Source: a virus (Duplodnaviria > Caudoviricetes). From it: a stretch of DNA of 55,633 nucleotides. Under the pieces are notes generated by a model. That model did not search any database, was not told the DNA's origin, and saw nothing but the letters and a program-made list of their open reading frames with translations. Position numbers and translations under genes: made by a program. The stretch is from positions 1-55,633 of the IMG/VR virus record IMGVR_UViG_3300032092_000037, one strand, 5' to 3'. Below, one piece after another: positions 8,421 through 16,262 of this stretch (within the stretch, counting starts at the first letter, position 1; each line of letters starts with the position of its first letter).

Positions 8421-8900
8421 ATGTACGATGGGGCGGCGGACACTCTGGCGGGCGTTGAGCTACGAACCAAGCCGTTCGAGACGGTGATGGACGTCAAGCG
8501 CATGGTGGCGCGGCGCTACGGCGTCACGGTGCAGGACATCGAAGGCCCCAGCCGCGCGCCCATGTTCTCGCATCCGCGACAGGTCGCCATGGCGCTGGCC
8601 TATCGCCGCCTGAAGTCCAAGGGGGCGTCCTACCCGCTCATAGGCCGGGAGTTCGGAGGCCGCCACTGGACAACCGTGATCTTCGCGTGCCGGAAGTTCG
8701 GGCGCAACGCCGACCCTCAGCTTTCCGAGATAGCCAGGCGCGCGGTCGATACGCGCCAGAAGCGCATTGCAGCCGCTGAGCGCAAGGCAGAGAAGCGGGA
8801 GGCCGTCCCGACCCCGCCCGAGCCTGAGTACCGCACGCGTGAGCAGATCAGGCGCCGGCACTGGATGCGCGAGGCGGGGTTCTTTGGAGGTGTGTCATGA
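8421..8900 (+). CDS. DnaA C-terminal (domain IV)-like HTH protein
   Basis: VARRYGVTVQDIEGPSR...HPRQVAMAL...SYPLIGREFGGRHWTTVIFACRK. Confidence 0.85.
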   Translation: MYDGAADTLAGVELRTKPFETVMDVKRMVARRYGVTVQDIEGPSRAPMFSHPRQVAMALAYRRLKSKGASYPLIGREFGGRHWTTVIFACRKFGRNADPQLSEIARRAVDTRQKRIAAAERKAEKREAVPTPPEPEYRTREQIRRRHWMREAGFFGGVS

Positions 8901-9334
8901 CCCGCCCCAACGCCGCCCTAGCCCTGAAGCAGGACGACCGCCCCGCATCGCTGCGCCGCAAGCCGCAGGAGCGCGTCAAGGCTGCTGACGTTGCAACCTA
9001 CCTGACCGAGGAGCAAATCCAGGTTGCGGTTGCGCAGTATCTCGACGCCAAGCTGCCGCGCGACTGGCGCTGGCATCATCCCCCAAACGGCGGTTGGCGA
9101 AAGAAGGCCACGGCGGCGCGTCTCAAGGCCCAAGGCGTCAAGCCCGGCGTTCCCGATATCTGCATCCTGCGGCCCAACGGTTTGCCCATCTGGATCGAAC
9201 TGAAGGCCTTCGGCGGCACACTCACGCTCGCCCAGCGCGATTTCATGGAGTGGTGCATCGCGGCCAAGCATCCGTTCAAGGTCTGCCGTTCCGTTGGCGA
9301 AGTCGAGGTGTTCCTGAAGGAGTTCCTTGCGTGA
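8897..9334 (+). CDS. VRR-NUC domain nuclease
   Basis: EEQIQ...HPPNGG...GVKPGVPDICIL...WIELK...LTLAQ (PD-(D/E)XK). Confidence 0.85.
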   Translation: MTRPNAALALKQDDRPASLRRKPQERVKAADVATYLTEEQIQVAVAQYLDAKLPRDWRWHHPPNGGWRKKATAARLKAQGVKPGVPDICILRPNGLPIWIELKAFGGTLTLAQRDFMEWCIAAKHPFKVCRSVGEVEVFLKEFLA

Positions 9335-9936
9335 CCCTCCACACAGGCTCAGGCCCTCTCCCCCAGCACATCTACTGCCATGTCGAGCGCAGCTTTGTCC
9401 GCACGGGCGAGCAGGCCGGCACAGAGCCGTGCGTGTGGTTTGGCCTTCGCGCTTACGCAGGCCGCGCATGGGGCTGCCATGTGATGCTTGAGTGTGGCGC
9501 AGTCGTCCGTGACATCCCGCTGCACGCGCTGGCGCAGTCCGTCGAAGCGGCGCCGTGGACGCTCGAATCCGCCCAGCACTGGGACTGCTACGGCGACCAG
9601 TTCTCGCTGGTCCGCTACACCTATCTGCAAGGCCTTGAAGCCCGCGCCAAGTGCGGCCCGGCAGAGCATCTGGGCGAGTACCTGTTCACCGCCTGCCCGA
9701 TGCACGACGGCTTCAGCGCAGAGCCTGAACAGTCGAAGGAGTTCGTGTTCCTGGCGCTCCGCAACGGACGCTTCACGGCACAGCCAACGAACCGCGTGCT
9801 GTTTATCGAGCGCAGCTTCACCGAGGCCCAAGCGTGGCCGACCGACATCCAGCGCCAGAGCGAAGTCTGGTCGTGCGAGAGCGCGCCGGACGTTGAACTG
9901 AGGCGGGTGGTCGAGACGCTGGGGGAGGCCGCATGA
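9331..9936 (+). CDS. Phage hypothetical protein
   Basis: GTG coupled to the upstream stop; 201 aa with globular composition. Confidence 0.7.
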   Translation: MTLHTGSGPLPQHIYCHVERSFVRTGEQAGTEPCVWFGLRAYAGRAWGCHVMLECGAVVRDIPLHALAQSVEAAPWTLESAQHWDCYGDQFSLVRYTYLQGLEARAKCGPAEHLGEYLFTACPMHDGFSAEPEQSKEFVFLALRNGRFTAQPTNRVLFIERSFTEAQAWPTDIQRQSEVWSCESAPDVELRRVVETLGEAA

Positions 9937-10232
9937 CCAACCGCAAGGATTTCGGGGACGTGAAAGCCGCCGCTGCACAGGCCGCCCAGCTTGTTGCTCA
10001 TCGCCTCACCTGCGAGGGCTGCTCTGCCCTGCGCGGCGTGCGCCCGATGTGCCAGGCCGAAGCCTCTCCCCATTACCGCCAGCCCCGCCATGCGGGAAAC
10101 GAACGGTGCGGGGTCTATTCGGTGAAGGGCGCGAGCAAGCCCGCAGCGCCGGAGCCTGCGCCCGTTTCGCGCGCGGCCATTGCCGGCGAGGTGGCCAGGC
10201 GCAAGCACAATCGGTGGGAGCGTCGGGCATGA
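9933..10232 (+). CDS. Cys-rich hypothetical protein
   Basis: Coupled; CEGC...C...C. Confidence 0.6.
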   Translation: MTNRKDFGDVKAAAAQAAQLVAHRLTCEGCSALRGVRPMCQAEASPHYRQPRHAGNERCGVYSVKGASKPAAPEPAPVSRAAIAGEVARRKHNRWERRA

Positions 10233-10639
10233 TGTTCTATTGGGGCGAGCCTGAGATTGAACGCCTGCGGGTTCTGTGGGCCAAGGGCGTGTCGTGCGCC
10301 GACATTGGCAGGCAGATGGGAACGACGAAGAACGCCGTTGTCGGCAAAGCGCGGCGTCTCGGCCTGATGCAGCGGCGGCCCAGCCGCGTTGTGAAGGTGT
10401 TCCCGGCGAGGCTGCCAGCGGTGGCCGGCGAGGTCGGTTTTGCCATCACGGAGCTGGTCAACGGCCAGTGTCGGTATCCGGTTGCCGAAACCCGTTCCGG
10501 TCATCGCTTCTGTGGCGCGGGCTGCGAAGATGGCGTTTCGTATTGCCCCGAACACAAGACAATCTGTTTCAGCGGCTTCAAGTTCCAGCGCCAACGCCCG
10601 CCGGCCGAACACAACATTTTGAGACGGGACGCAGCATGA
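10229..10639 (+). CDS. gcrA: GcrA-family cell-cycle regulator homologue
   Basis: W...ERLRVLWAKGVSCADIGRQMGTTKNAVVGKARRLGL and ELVNGQCRYPV...FCG...YCPEH. Confidence 0.85.
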   Translation: MMFYWGEPEIERLRVLWAKGVSCADIGRQMGTTKNAVVGKARRLGLMQRRPSRVVKVFPARLPAVAGEVGFAITELVNGQCRYPVAETRSGHRFCGAGCEDGVSYCPEHKTICFSGFKFQRQRPPAEHNILRRDAA

Positions 10640-11010
10640 ACACCACCCAGCAGCGTCTACGGGACGTCCAGCAAGCGCTCAACGATGGCGGCTGCATCAG
10701 CACGCTGGCGACGCAATGGGGCATATCGAAGCCCGCGACTTGCCAGTGGATGGACCGCCATGCGAACCCCGAAGATCGCCGCAAGCTGGCCGAGAATGGC
10801 CGCACGCGGGGGCAGCAGAAAATTCGCGGCTTCGACCTGTCGGCGCGCATGGAGCTGATCGCGGCCTGTCGGGCTGCGGGCATGTCGTGGGAGCGCATTG
10901 GCGAAGCCATCGGCCGCAGCGGCGTAGCGCTCTGGACGCTTGCCCGTTGCAACGCCCCTGACGGCCTTGCCGCCGCCCTTGAAGACTTCCGAGACGACGA
11001 AGCCGCGTAG
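10636..11010 (+). CDS. Tandem HTH protein
   Basis: LATQWGISKPATCQW and GMSWERIGEAIGRS. Confidence 0.65.
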   Translation: MNTTQQRLRDVQQALNDGGCISTLATQWGISKPATCQWMDRHANPEDRRKLAENGRTRGQQKIRGFDLSARMELIAACRAAGMSWERIGEAIGRSGVALWTLARCNAPDGLAAALEDFRDDEAA

Positions 11011-11036
11011 CGTTTCAACAATCAGAGGGACCACAC

Positions 11037-11903
11037 ATGAGCCTGCTCGAAGAACTGAAGAAACGCCGCGCCGATTTGGATGACCGCATCGGGCAACATG
11101 ACAATATGATCGCGACGCACGCACGCGCCATCGAAGAGTTGACGCATCAGGCGTGCGACTTGGACGTTGCTATCGCCGCCCTTCAGCCCGACCCCATCCC
11201 CGAGCTCGAGACGCAGACCGGGGAGGAGGTGGAGATTCCGCCCGGCTTTACGAAGTGGGAGGGCGGGGAGTGGTGCCCGGTTGACCCGGGCGATAGAGTT
11301 GAAATTATACACCCCAACGGCAAACGCAGCTTTGGTTCGCCAGTAAACGTCGGGTGGCAATGGCTCAATTCCTCTGCGCCGAACGGCATCATCGCCTACC
11401 GCGTCCTCGACCCTCTTCCGTCCACGGACGATTACCACAGCCCTGAGTTTGGCGACGAGGTTCTGAGCGACGAGCCCGACGACGCCAGCGAGTTCGCGGC
11501 AGACGACACACAAGCTTCGGCTACGGAAGCCGCCAACCGCATTGAAGGCGCTTCCGAAGTGGTGACCTCCCCCGGCGAGGTCGGAGAAAGCCGGGACCAT
11601 TTCGCCCTGATCGACCAGCAGACATGCGAGCCCGTGCTTCCGCATCCCGAATGGAATGAGGATGTCGTCGCCACCCGCACCTACATGGATGGGGACAAGC
11701 TTGTTGTGCGCGAGATCACGGCAGACGAGTTCTACGCGCCGATGCCAGAAAGCGAGCCGCCCACAGAAGGCTACGCGCCCGTGACCAACCCCGAGGCCGA
11801 CGCTCAGGCCAAGGCCTACGACTACTACAGCCCCGAGAATGTCGAGAAGCGCAGCCGCTTCGACATCTTCAGCGTGTTCAAGCGCGAACCGGAGGGCGTG
11901 TGA
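11037..11903 (+). CDS. Acidic hypothetical protein
   Basis: GAGGG SD; coiled coil followed by the WxGGECPV...IIAYR-type phage domain. Confidence 0.75.
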   Translation: MSLLEELKKRRADLDDRIGQHDNMIATHARAIEELTHQACDLDVAIAALQPDPIPELETQTGEEVEIPPGFTKWEGGEWCPVDPGDRVEIIHPNGKRSFGSPVNVGWQWLNSSAPNGIIAYRVLDPLPSTDDYHSPEFGDEVLSDEPDDASEFAADDTQASATEAANRIEGASEVVTSPGEVGESRDHFALIDQQTCEPVLPHPEWNEDVVATRTYMDGDKLVVREITADEFYAPMPESEPPTEGYAPVTNPEADAQAKAYDYYSPENVEKRSRFDIFSVFKREPEGV

Positions 11904-11985
11904 TGACCTGGGAAGGCTGGCTCATTCTCACGCTGGTCGCCTCCGGCATTGTTCTCGGCGTCGCTTGGTGGGGAAGGCACAAGTC

Positions 11986-12150
11986 ATGAAGTTCGCATTC
12001 TTCCTCGCCGGCATGACCTATCTCGGCATTCTCGCCCTGATCACCGCCATGCCACCAGCCTCGCCCGTGGACACGCAGATCATCCTCGGCGGCGCGGGCC
12101 TGACCTTTCTCGGCTTCAGCGCAATGGCTGGCGACCGGAGGCGGCGATGA
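11986..12150 (+). CDS. Small membrane protein
   Basis: Two hydrophobic segments; coupled overlaps. Confidence 0.5.
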   Translation: MKFAFFLAGMTYLGILALITAMPPASPVDTQIILGGAGLTFLGFSAMAGDRRRR

Positions 12151-12250
12151 GCGAGCAGTTCATCGCCCAAGGCTTCTGGGCCTGCGCGGCCGTTCTCGCG
12201 CTTTGCGTCATCGCAGCAATCATCAACCAGTGGCAGAGGGGCAGCTAGCC

Positions 12251-13027
12251 ATGAACGGGGAGACGGGGGAAATGACGGCCAGGCAGAAGCGCTTGGCGGA
12301 ACTGGACCAGATCGACAGACTGACGCGCTCACAGATCAGGGAGCGCGCCAAGCTTTTGGCCGCAGAGCGCGCCGCACAGGCCAAGGCGCCGGTGCGGGAG
12401 GCCTATGAACCCGCCGTCGCCAAGCACGCAGACGACCGGGTCATTCCCGGCCTGACAGGCAAGGGCGCAATCCAGCGCCTCGACACCCTTGGCAAGCTCT
12501 GGGAGGCTGGCAAGATCACGCCGGCCCAGTATAGCGCGGGGCGGGACTATCTCGCCATCGTGGAGCACTATTTCGCAACCGCCTCGGGGCTGGCCAAGCT
12601 TAGCGAGGAGGCGGCCCGCGTCGGCGGGGATGGCGACCCCATCCGGCGCTATCTCAAGGCCCGCCCGGCGCGCAAGCAACCCGATGGACGGGTCACGGGC
12701 TACATCCCCACCCAGCGGCCCCGCAATCCCCCCAGCCATCGTCCCAGCAGCGACGGGTGGACGGCGACGAAGCTCAACGCGATGTCGGAGTTCTCGCGCA
12801 TGGCAAAGCTTGTGGACAGGCTGGACCGTGAGGCGTGCACCGCGCTGTGCGTGCTGGTCATCGACCCGGCGCGGCCAGACCTGCCCGCCTTGAGCGTCGG
12901 TGCGGCCTGCCGGCGCCTGTTCGGCAGCGACATGGGTCGCAACTATGCGATCCTGACGCGCTGGTTGTGTCGCGCCTTGGACGCACTCGACGCAGAATTT
13001 ATGGCGCAGGCCCGCGTCGCAGCTTGA
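12251..13027 (+). CDS. Putative late-transcription regulator (DUF6456-like, Q position)
   Basis: LDTLGKLWEAGKITPAQYSAGRDY motif; last gene of the early/middle operon, with a TTGACG overlapping its stop. Confidence 0.55.
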   Translation: MNGETGEMTARQKRLAELDQIDRLTRSQIRERAKLLAAERAAQAKAPVREAYEPAVAKHADDRVIPGLTGKGAIQRLDTLGKLWEAGKITPAQYSAGRDYLAIVEHYFATASGLAKLSEEAARVGGDGDPIRRYLKARPARKQPDGRVTGYIPTQRPRNPPSHRPSSDGWTATKLNAMSEFSRMAKLVDRLDREACTALCVLVIDPARPDLPALSVGAACRRLFGSDMGRNYAILTRWLCRALDALDAEFMAQARVAA

Positions 13028-13119
13028 CGGGTGCCGAAAACCAATGGAGACATTTGCCTCAATCCCAGCAATTCGCTTTGAGGCGGCCCGGTTCGCAAGT
13101 TCCGGGCTTCGGGGCTGTC

Positions 13120-13272
13120 ATGGCAAATGCAAGACTGACGCCGGAGACGGTGCAGAAAATCCGCGCTGAGGCGAAGCACTGGCCCCAGCGCGTCCTGATG
13201 CGGCGCTACAATCTTGCCCGCCAGACAATTCATGAGATCATCACCCGCCAGACATGGCGGCATGTGGCGTAG
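13120..13272 (+). CDS. Stand-alone small HTH resembling HNH C-terminal DNA-binding domains
   Basis: ARLTPETVQKIR...RRYNLARQTIHEIITRQTWRHV. Confidence 0.6.
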   Translation: MANARLTPETVQKIRAEAKHWPQRVLMRRYNLARQTIHEIITRQTWRHVA

Positions 13273-13282
13273 GCCCGCCCAA

Positions 13283-13298
13283 CGTTTCACGTGAAACA
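13283..13298. promoter_or_regulatory. parS: parS centromere-like site
   Basis: cGTTTCACGTGAAACA: perfect 14-bp palindrome, 15/16 match to TGTTTCACGTGAAACA; intergenic. Confidence 0.8.
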
Positions 13299-13322
13299 CT
13301 GTCCTTAACCAAGGGGGCTGGC

Positions 13323-13961
13323 GTGTCCCGTTTCTTCGACCAGCTCACCGAATTGGCCGGGCTCTACCCGATCAATGACGCGTTCATTGAGGCCTTGCGC
13401 CAGCGGGTGATCCGGGAATGCTCCAAGGTTCCGGTGCAGGTCCACAAGCGGATGAGGGCCGAGCGCAGGCTTGAACTGGCGGCCTGCGAGGCGATTGTCG
13501 CCATGTGGCAGGAGACCTACCTGGACGCCTGGTTCCCGATCACCATGCGCAGGGACTGGCCCCGCGCCATCTGCATCATCAAGGGCAACACGGCGCGGAT
13601 TTCCTTCAGCATCGGCCCCGAGACGGAAGACGGCGGGCAGGAGATCGAGCCTGTCGAGTTCGCGGTGGTCCGCACTCCGCCCAACATCATCAGCAAGGCC
13701 CTGCGGGCTTTCAACAAGCGCGACCCGAAAGCCGAGCGGGAGAGGGAATTCGCCCCGGTTGGCACGCCAGATGGGCGGCCGGAACTGAAGCTGAATCAGC
13801 CTGTCGACCAGAAGCAAGCATTTCGGGCCCAAACAGCCAAAAAGCCTATTGATAGCAAAGCTGTAATGGTGGCGCCCAAAAGCGAAAGATCAACCCCGCC
13901 CCCGCTCACAGAGCGTCCGCCGACCGCCAAGCCGACGCGCAGGGCCAAGCTGGGGCGTTGA
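13323..13961 (+). CDS. Hypothetical protein
   Basis: AAGGGGG SD then GTG; basic Pro-rich tail. Confidence 0.65.
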   Translation: MSRFFDQLTELAGLYPINDAFIEALRQRVIRECSKVPVQVHKRMRAERRLELAACEAIVAMWQETYLDAWFPITMRRDWPRAICIIKGNTARISFSIGPETEDGGQEIEPVEFAVVRTPPNIISKALRAFNKRDPKAEREREFAPVGTPDGRPELKLNQPVDQKQAFRAQTAKKPIDSKAVMVAPKSERSTPPPLTERPPTAKPTRRAKLGR

Positions 13962-13990
13962 GAACCAGCGCGGGATGGGGTAGATTTTAA

Positions 13991-14120
13991 GTGTCGCGGC
14001 GGCGTGGATAGACACGCCCATTGCCTAGCCGAATGGTTGCTAGGGTTGGAACTCCGTCTCTCGGAATCCGAGGGAGACTTGCAAGCACGGAGAGCCGGTA
14101 ACCAACCCGGCCCGCGACAC
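13991..14120 (+). ncRNA. Expanded tRNA-like cloverleaf RNA
   Basis: 9-bp closing stem GTGTCGCGG/CCGCGACAC, D-like arm GCGTG-GATAGA-CACGC, T-like arm GCCGG-TAACCAAC-CCGGC abutting the 3' strand, two enlarged central arms. Confidence 0.6.
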
Positions 14121-14151
14121 GAAATCAGCCTCGGATGAGGCAGAACGAGAC

Positions 14152-14236
14152 GGGGGAGTTGCGGGTTCGAATCCCGCCAGCCGATGATCGGGTTTCTAGG
14201 CCCCGTAGGCTGTAGCTCAATTGGCAGAGCGCCCCC
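14152..14236 (+). tRNA. Circularly permuted tRNA-like gene (3' half precedes 5' half; anticodon undefined)
   Basis: GGGGG-AGTT-GCGGG TTCGAAT CCCGC-CAGCCGA (14152-14184), about 20-nt linker, then TAGGCTG-TA-GCTC AATTGGCA GAGC-G-CCCCC (14206-14236); acceptor (6/7) and anticodon (5/5) stems pair across the halves. Confidence 0.75.
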
Positions 14237-14251
14237 ACCCCGCCCAAACGC

Positions 14252-14279
14252 AAAAGCCCCGCCGTGTGAGGGCGGGGCT
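14252..14279 (-). terminator. Intrinsic terminator for the minus-strand gene 14302..15165
   Basis: AGCCCCGCC/GGCGGGGCT stem followed by TTTT on the minus strand. Confidence 0.7.
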
Positions 14280-14301
14280 CAGGCCATCGGGATCGACCGG
14301 C

Positions 14302-15165
14302 TCAGGTATCGTTCGCCGCGACAAGGAAGGGTTTGAACCCCTGCGGCGGTTTGGCTTTGGCGGCTTCCTTTGCCGCTTTGGCCCTGGCCTTTTCGCGGGC
14401 AGCGCGCTGTTGGGCGCGAAGTTCGCGGGCCTTTTCCTGGCGGCGCTCTTCGCGCTTTGCCTCGGCTTTCGCCTCAGCGGCCAGTTTCGCCTCATGATCC
14501 TTGCGGATCCTGCGGGCGGTGGCTTCAAGGGACCAGATCGCGAGGGCAATCGAGAGGTCCAGAAGCCCGCCGACCAGCCAAACGGCCCAATCGGGGGCCA
14601 GCGGGCGGTAGGTGGCCTCGGCAGCGCTCAGGGCCTTGAGGGCGGCTGAGCGGTCAGCCTTGGCGGTTTCGACTGCAAGCGCCAGCGGCGCACGTTGGGC
14701 TTCCCACGATGCGGTTTTCGCCGCGGTCGTCTTGGGGCAGAGGCAGTCGGGAAGGGCGAGGGCCGGGAAGGCGTCGAGAGCGGCCTGCGCCTTCTCGAGC
14801 CGATCCGTGGTCCTGCCAACCTCGAGCTTTAGCGGCTCGAGACCGGCTTCGAAGGCGGCCTTGTGGGGCGCTTCGATGACGACGCCGTAGAAATTGTGGA
14901 AGCTCACGGCCTGCATGGCCATCGCAACCATCAGAACCGGGATCACGCCGGCCGACGCCCAAGAGCGTCCGAGGGCAATCACGGTGAAGGGAATGACCAG
15001 GGCCGTAGCGCCAGCGCCAAAGGCGAGGGCGAAGCGGGTGATCTGGTCCATGTCGCTCTGAAGCCAGCCATAGAGCCCGAGGGCGCCCATGGCGAAGGAA
15101 AACAGCGCGAGGAAGACAAGGCCGGGCTTGAACCCGGCGGGTTTGGTCTTGATAACAGTGGTCAT
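14302..15165 (-). CDS. Moron membrane protein (about 3 TM, coiled coil, TM, basic tail)
   Basis: Hydrophobic segments, Ala/Glu/Lys coiled coil with CLC at its turn; own promoter and terminator, opposite to flanking genes. Confidence 0.75.
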   Translation of the reverse strand: MTTVIKTKPAGFKPGLVFLALFSFAMGALGLYGWLQSDMDQITRFALAFGAGATALVIPFTVIALGRSWASAGVIPVLMVAMAMQAVSFHNFYGVVIEAPHKAAFEAGLEPLKLEVGRTTDRLEKAQAALDAFPALALPDCLCPKTTAAKTASWEAQRAPLALAVETAKADRSAALKALSAAEATYRPLAPDWAVWLVGGLLDLSIALAIWSLEATARRIRKDHEAKLAAEAKAEAKREERRQEKARELRAQQRAAREKARAKAAKEAAKAKPPQGFKPFLVAANDT

Positions 15166-15194
15166 TGGTCAGCTTTCTCTGATCAATCAGACCG

Positions 15195-15309
15195 TCCGGC
15201 GGTGAGACGCCGTGCGATCCGGCCGGGGGCTTAGGCTCCCGGCTGTTGGGTTTGTGGTCGATCCTGCGATGTCAATTCGCTCTCCGGCGGCAAACTCGCG
15301 CCGTGCGAT
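15195..15309 (-). repeat. Duplicated hairpin motif in the 5' leader
   Basis: TCCGGCGG-N5/N8-CGCCGTGCGAT at 15195-15218 and 15283-15309. Confidence 0.7.
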
Positions 15310-15378
15310 AGTGAGAACCTAGCCGCTCGCCCTGAGCATTTCGCCGTTACACCAAGCGTTATTTCGCGAACGGCGGGC

Positions 15379-15407
15379 AGTATTTGATCACATTCGCGTG
15401 ATCGCAA
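15379..15407 (-). promoter_or_regulatory. Moron promoter with operator-like palindrome
   Basis: Minus TTGCGA-N17-AATACT; GATCAC-N6-GTGATC at 15386-15403. Confidence 0.55.
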
Positions 15408-15448
15408 GCATTTGCCAAATCCAGCGCAAGTAAACGAGGCGCGAATAC

Positions 15449-15691
15449 ATGCACACTTACATCAAGCTAAAGCGCCCGAGGTTCGGCGGTGATGCGGTGA
15501 TGCTCATCGACCGTGCCTTCTACAAACTGGACCTTGCCAAGCAGCGCGAGATGATCCGAGCGATGCTTGATCAGGGCCGCTCTGTGGATCAAGCCATAAC
15601 CCGCGCCATCAATGCTGGCGCCATGCCCGCCACCGAGGCCACCCGCAACGCAGAGGCGGCCGTGCTTCGCGGACAGCCGGAGACGGCGTGA
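15449..15691 (+). CDS. Hypothetical protein
   Basis: GAGG SD; 80 aa. Confidence 0.55.
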   Translation: MHTYIKLKRPRFGGDAVMLIDRAFYKLDLAKQREMIRAMLDQGRSVDQAITRAINAGAMPATEATRNAEAAVLRGQPETA

Positions 15692-15909
15692 TGTCGAACT
15701 ATCTTCGATTGGCGGAAATCTACATGGCGCCGCATCTTTACGCCGCAGAGTTCAGGATGACGCCCAACCTGGGGGATGTCGTCAATGTCGAGCACCCCGA
15801 CGTGCTGGGGGCGGTCGCAATTGGCCCCATGGGCTGGAAGAATCAGCGCGACATGATTGTTCGCGCGCAGGAAACGCGCGGGCGCGCGATCAAACCAGTC
15901 TGGTGTTAA
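15688..15909 (+). CDS. Hypothetical protein
   Basis: Coupled to the upstream gene. Confidence 0.5.
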   Translation: MMSNYLRLAEIYMAPHLYAAEFRMTPNLGDVVNVEHPDVLGAVAIGPMGWKNQRDMIVRAQETRGRAIKPVWC

Positions 15910-15991
15910 GCCCAGCCTGAACCCCTTCCCAGCGCCGGGCAGTCGCCACTGAGCGACGCCGGCTCACCCTTCCTCAACAAAGGTCGCAGCA

Positions 15992-16258
15992 ATGGCCGTA
16001 ACCTCTGTCAACGACACGGCGACAAGCACCGTTCTTGTCGCGCCCAGCACGGCGCTGGTTGGCGTTTCCGTGTTCAACGACTCGACGGCCATTCTCTACA
16101 TCCTTCAGGGACAGGGAACGGCCAGCGCGACAAACTTCAGCGTCAAGCTCGACGCTGGCGATTACTGGGAGAGCCCGGATCGTTCATATGTGCGCGGCGG
16201 CCTCACCGGCATCTGGGCGAGCGATGCGTCGGGCGCCGCCCGCATAACGACGTGGTGA
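15992..16258 (+). CDS. Small beta-rich putative virion protein
   Basis: VSVFNDSTAILYI...ASATNFSVKL...GIWAS; Thr/Ser/Ala-rich. Confidence 0.65.
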   Translation: MAVTSVNDTATSTVLVAPSTALVGVSVFNDSTAILYILQGQGTASATNFSVKLDAGDYWESPDRSYVRGGLTGIWASDASGAARITTW

Positions 16259-16262
16259 CCTG

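Noticed and set aside
14152-14185. attP core made of a tRNA 3' end
   Set aside because: No integrase is nearby, and the matching 5' half lies downstream, which attP duplication alone does not explain.
14152-14236. Two-piece (permuted) alphaproteobacterial tmRNA
   Set aside because: It has a full tRNA D-arm, G3-C70 rather than the Ala G3-U70 pair, no CCA, and no room for a tag reading frame before the convergent terminator.
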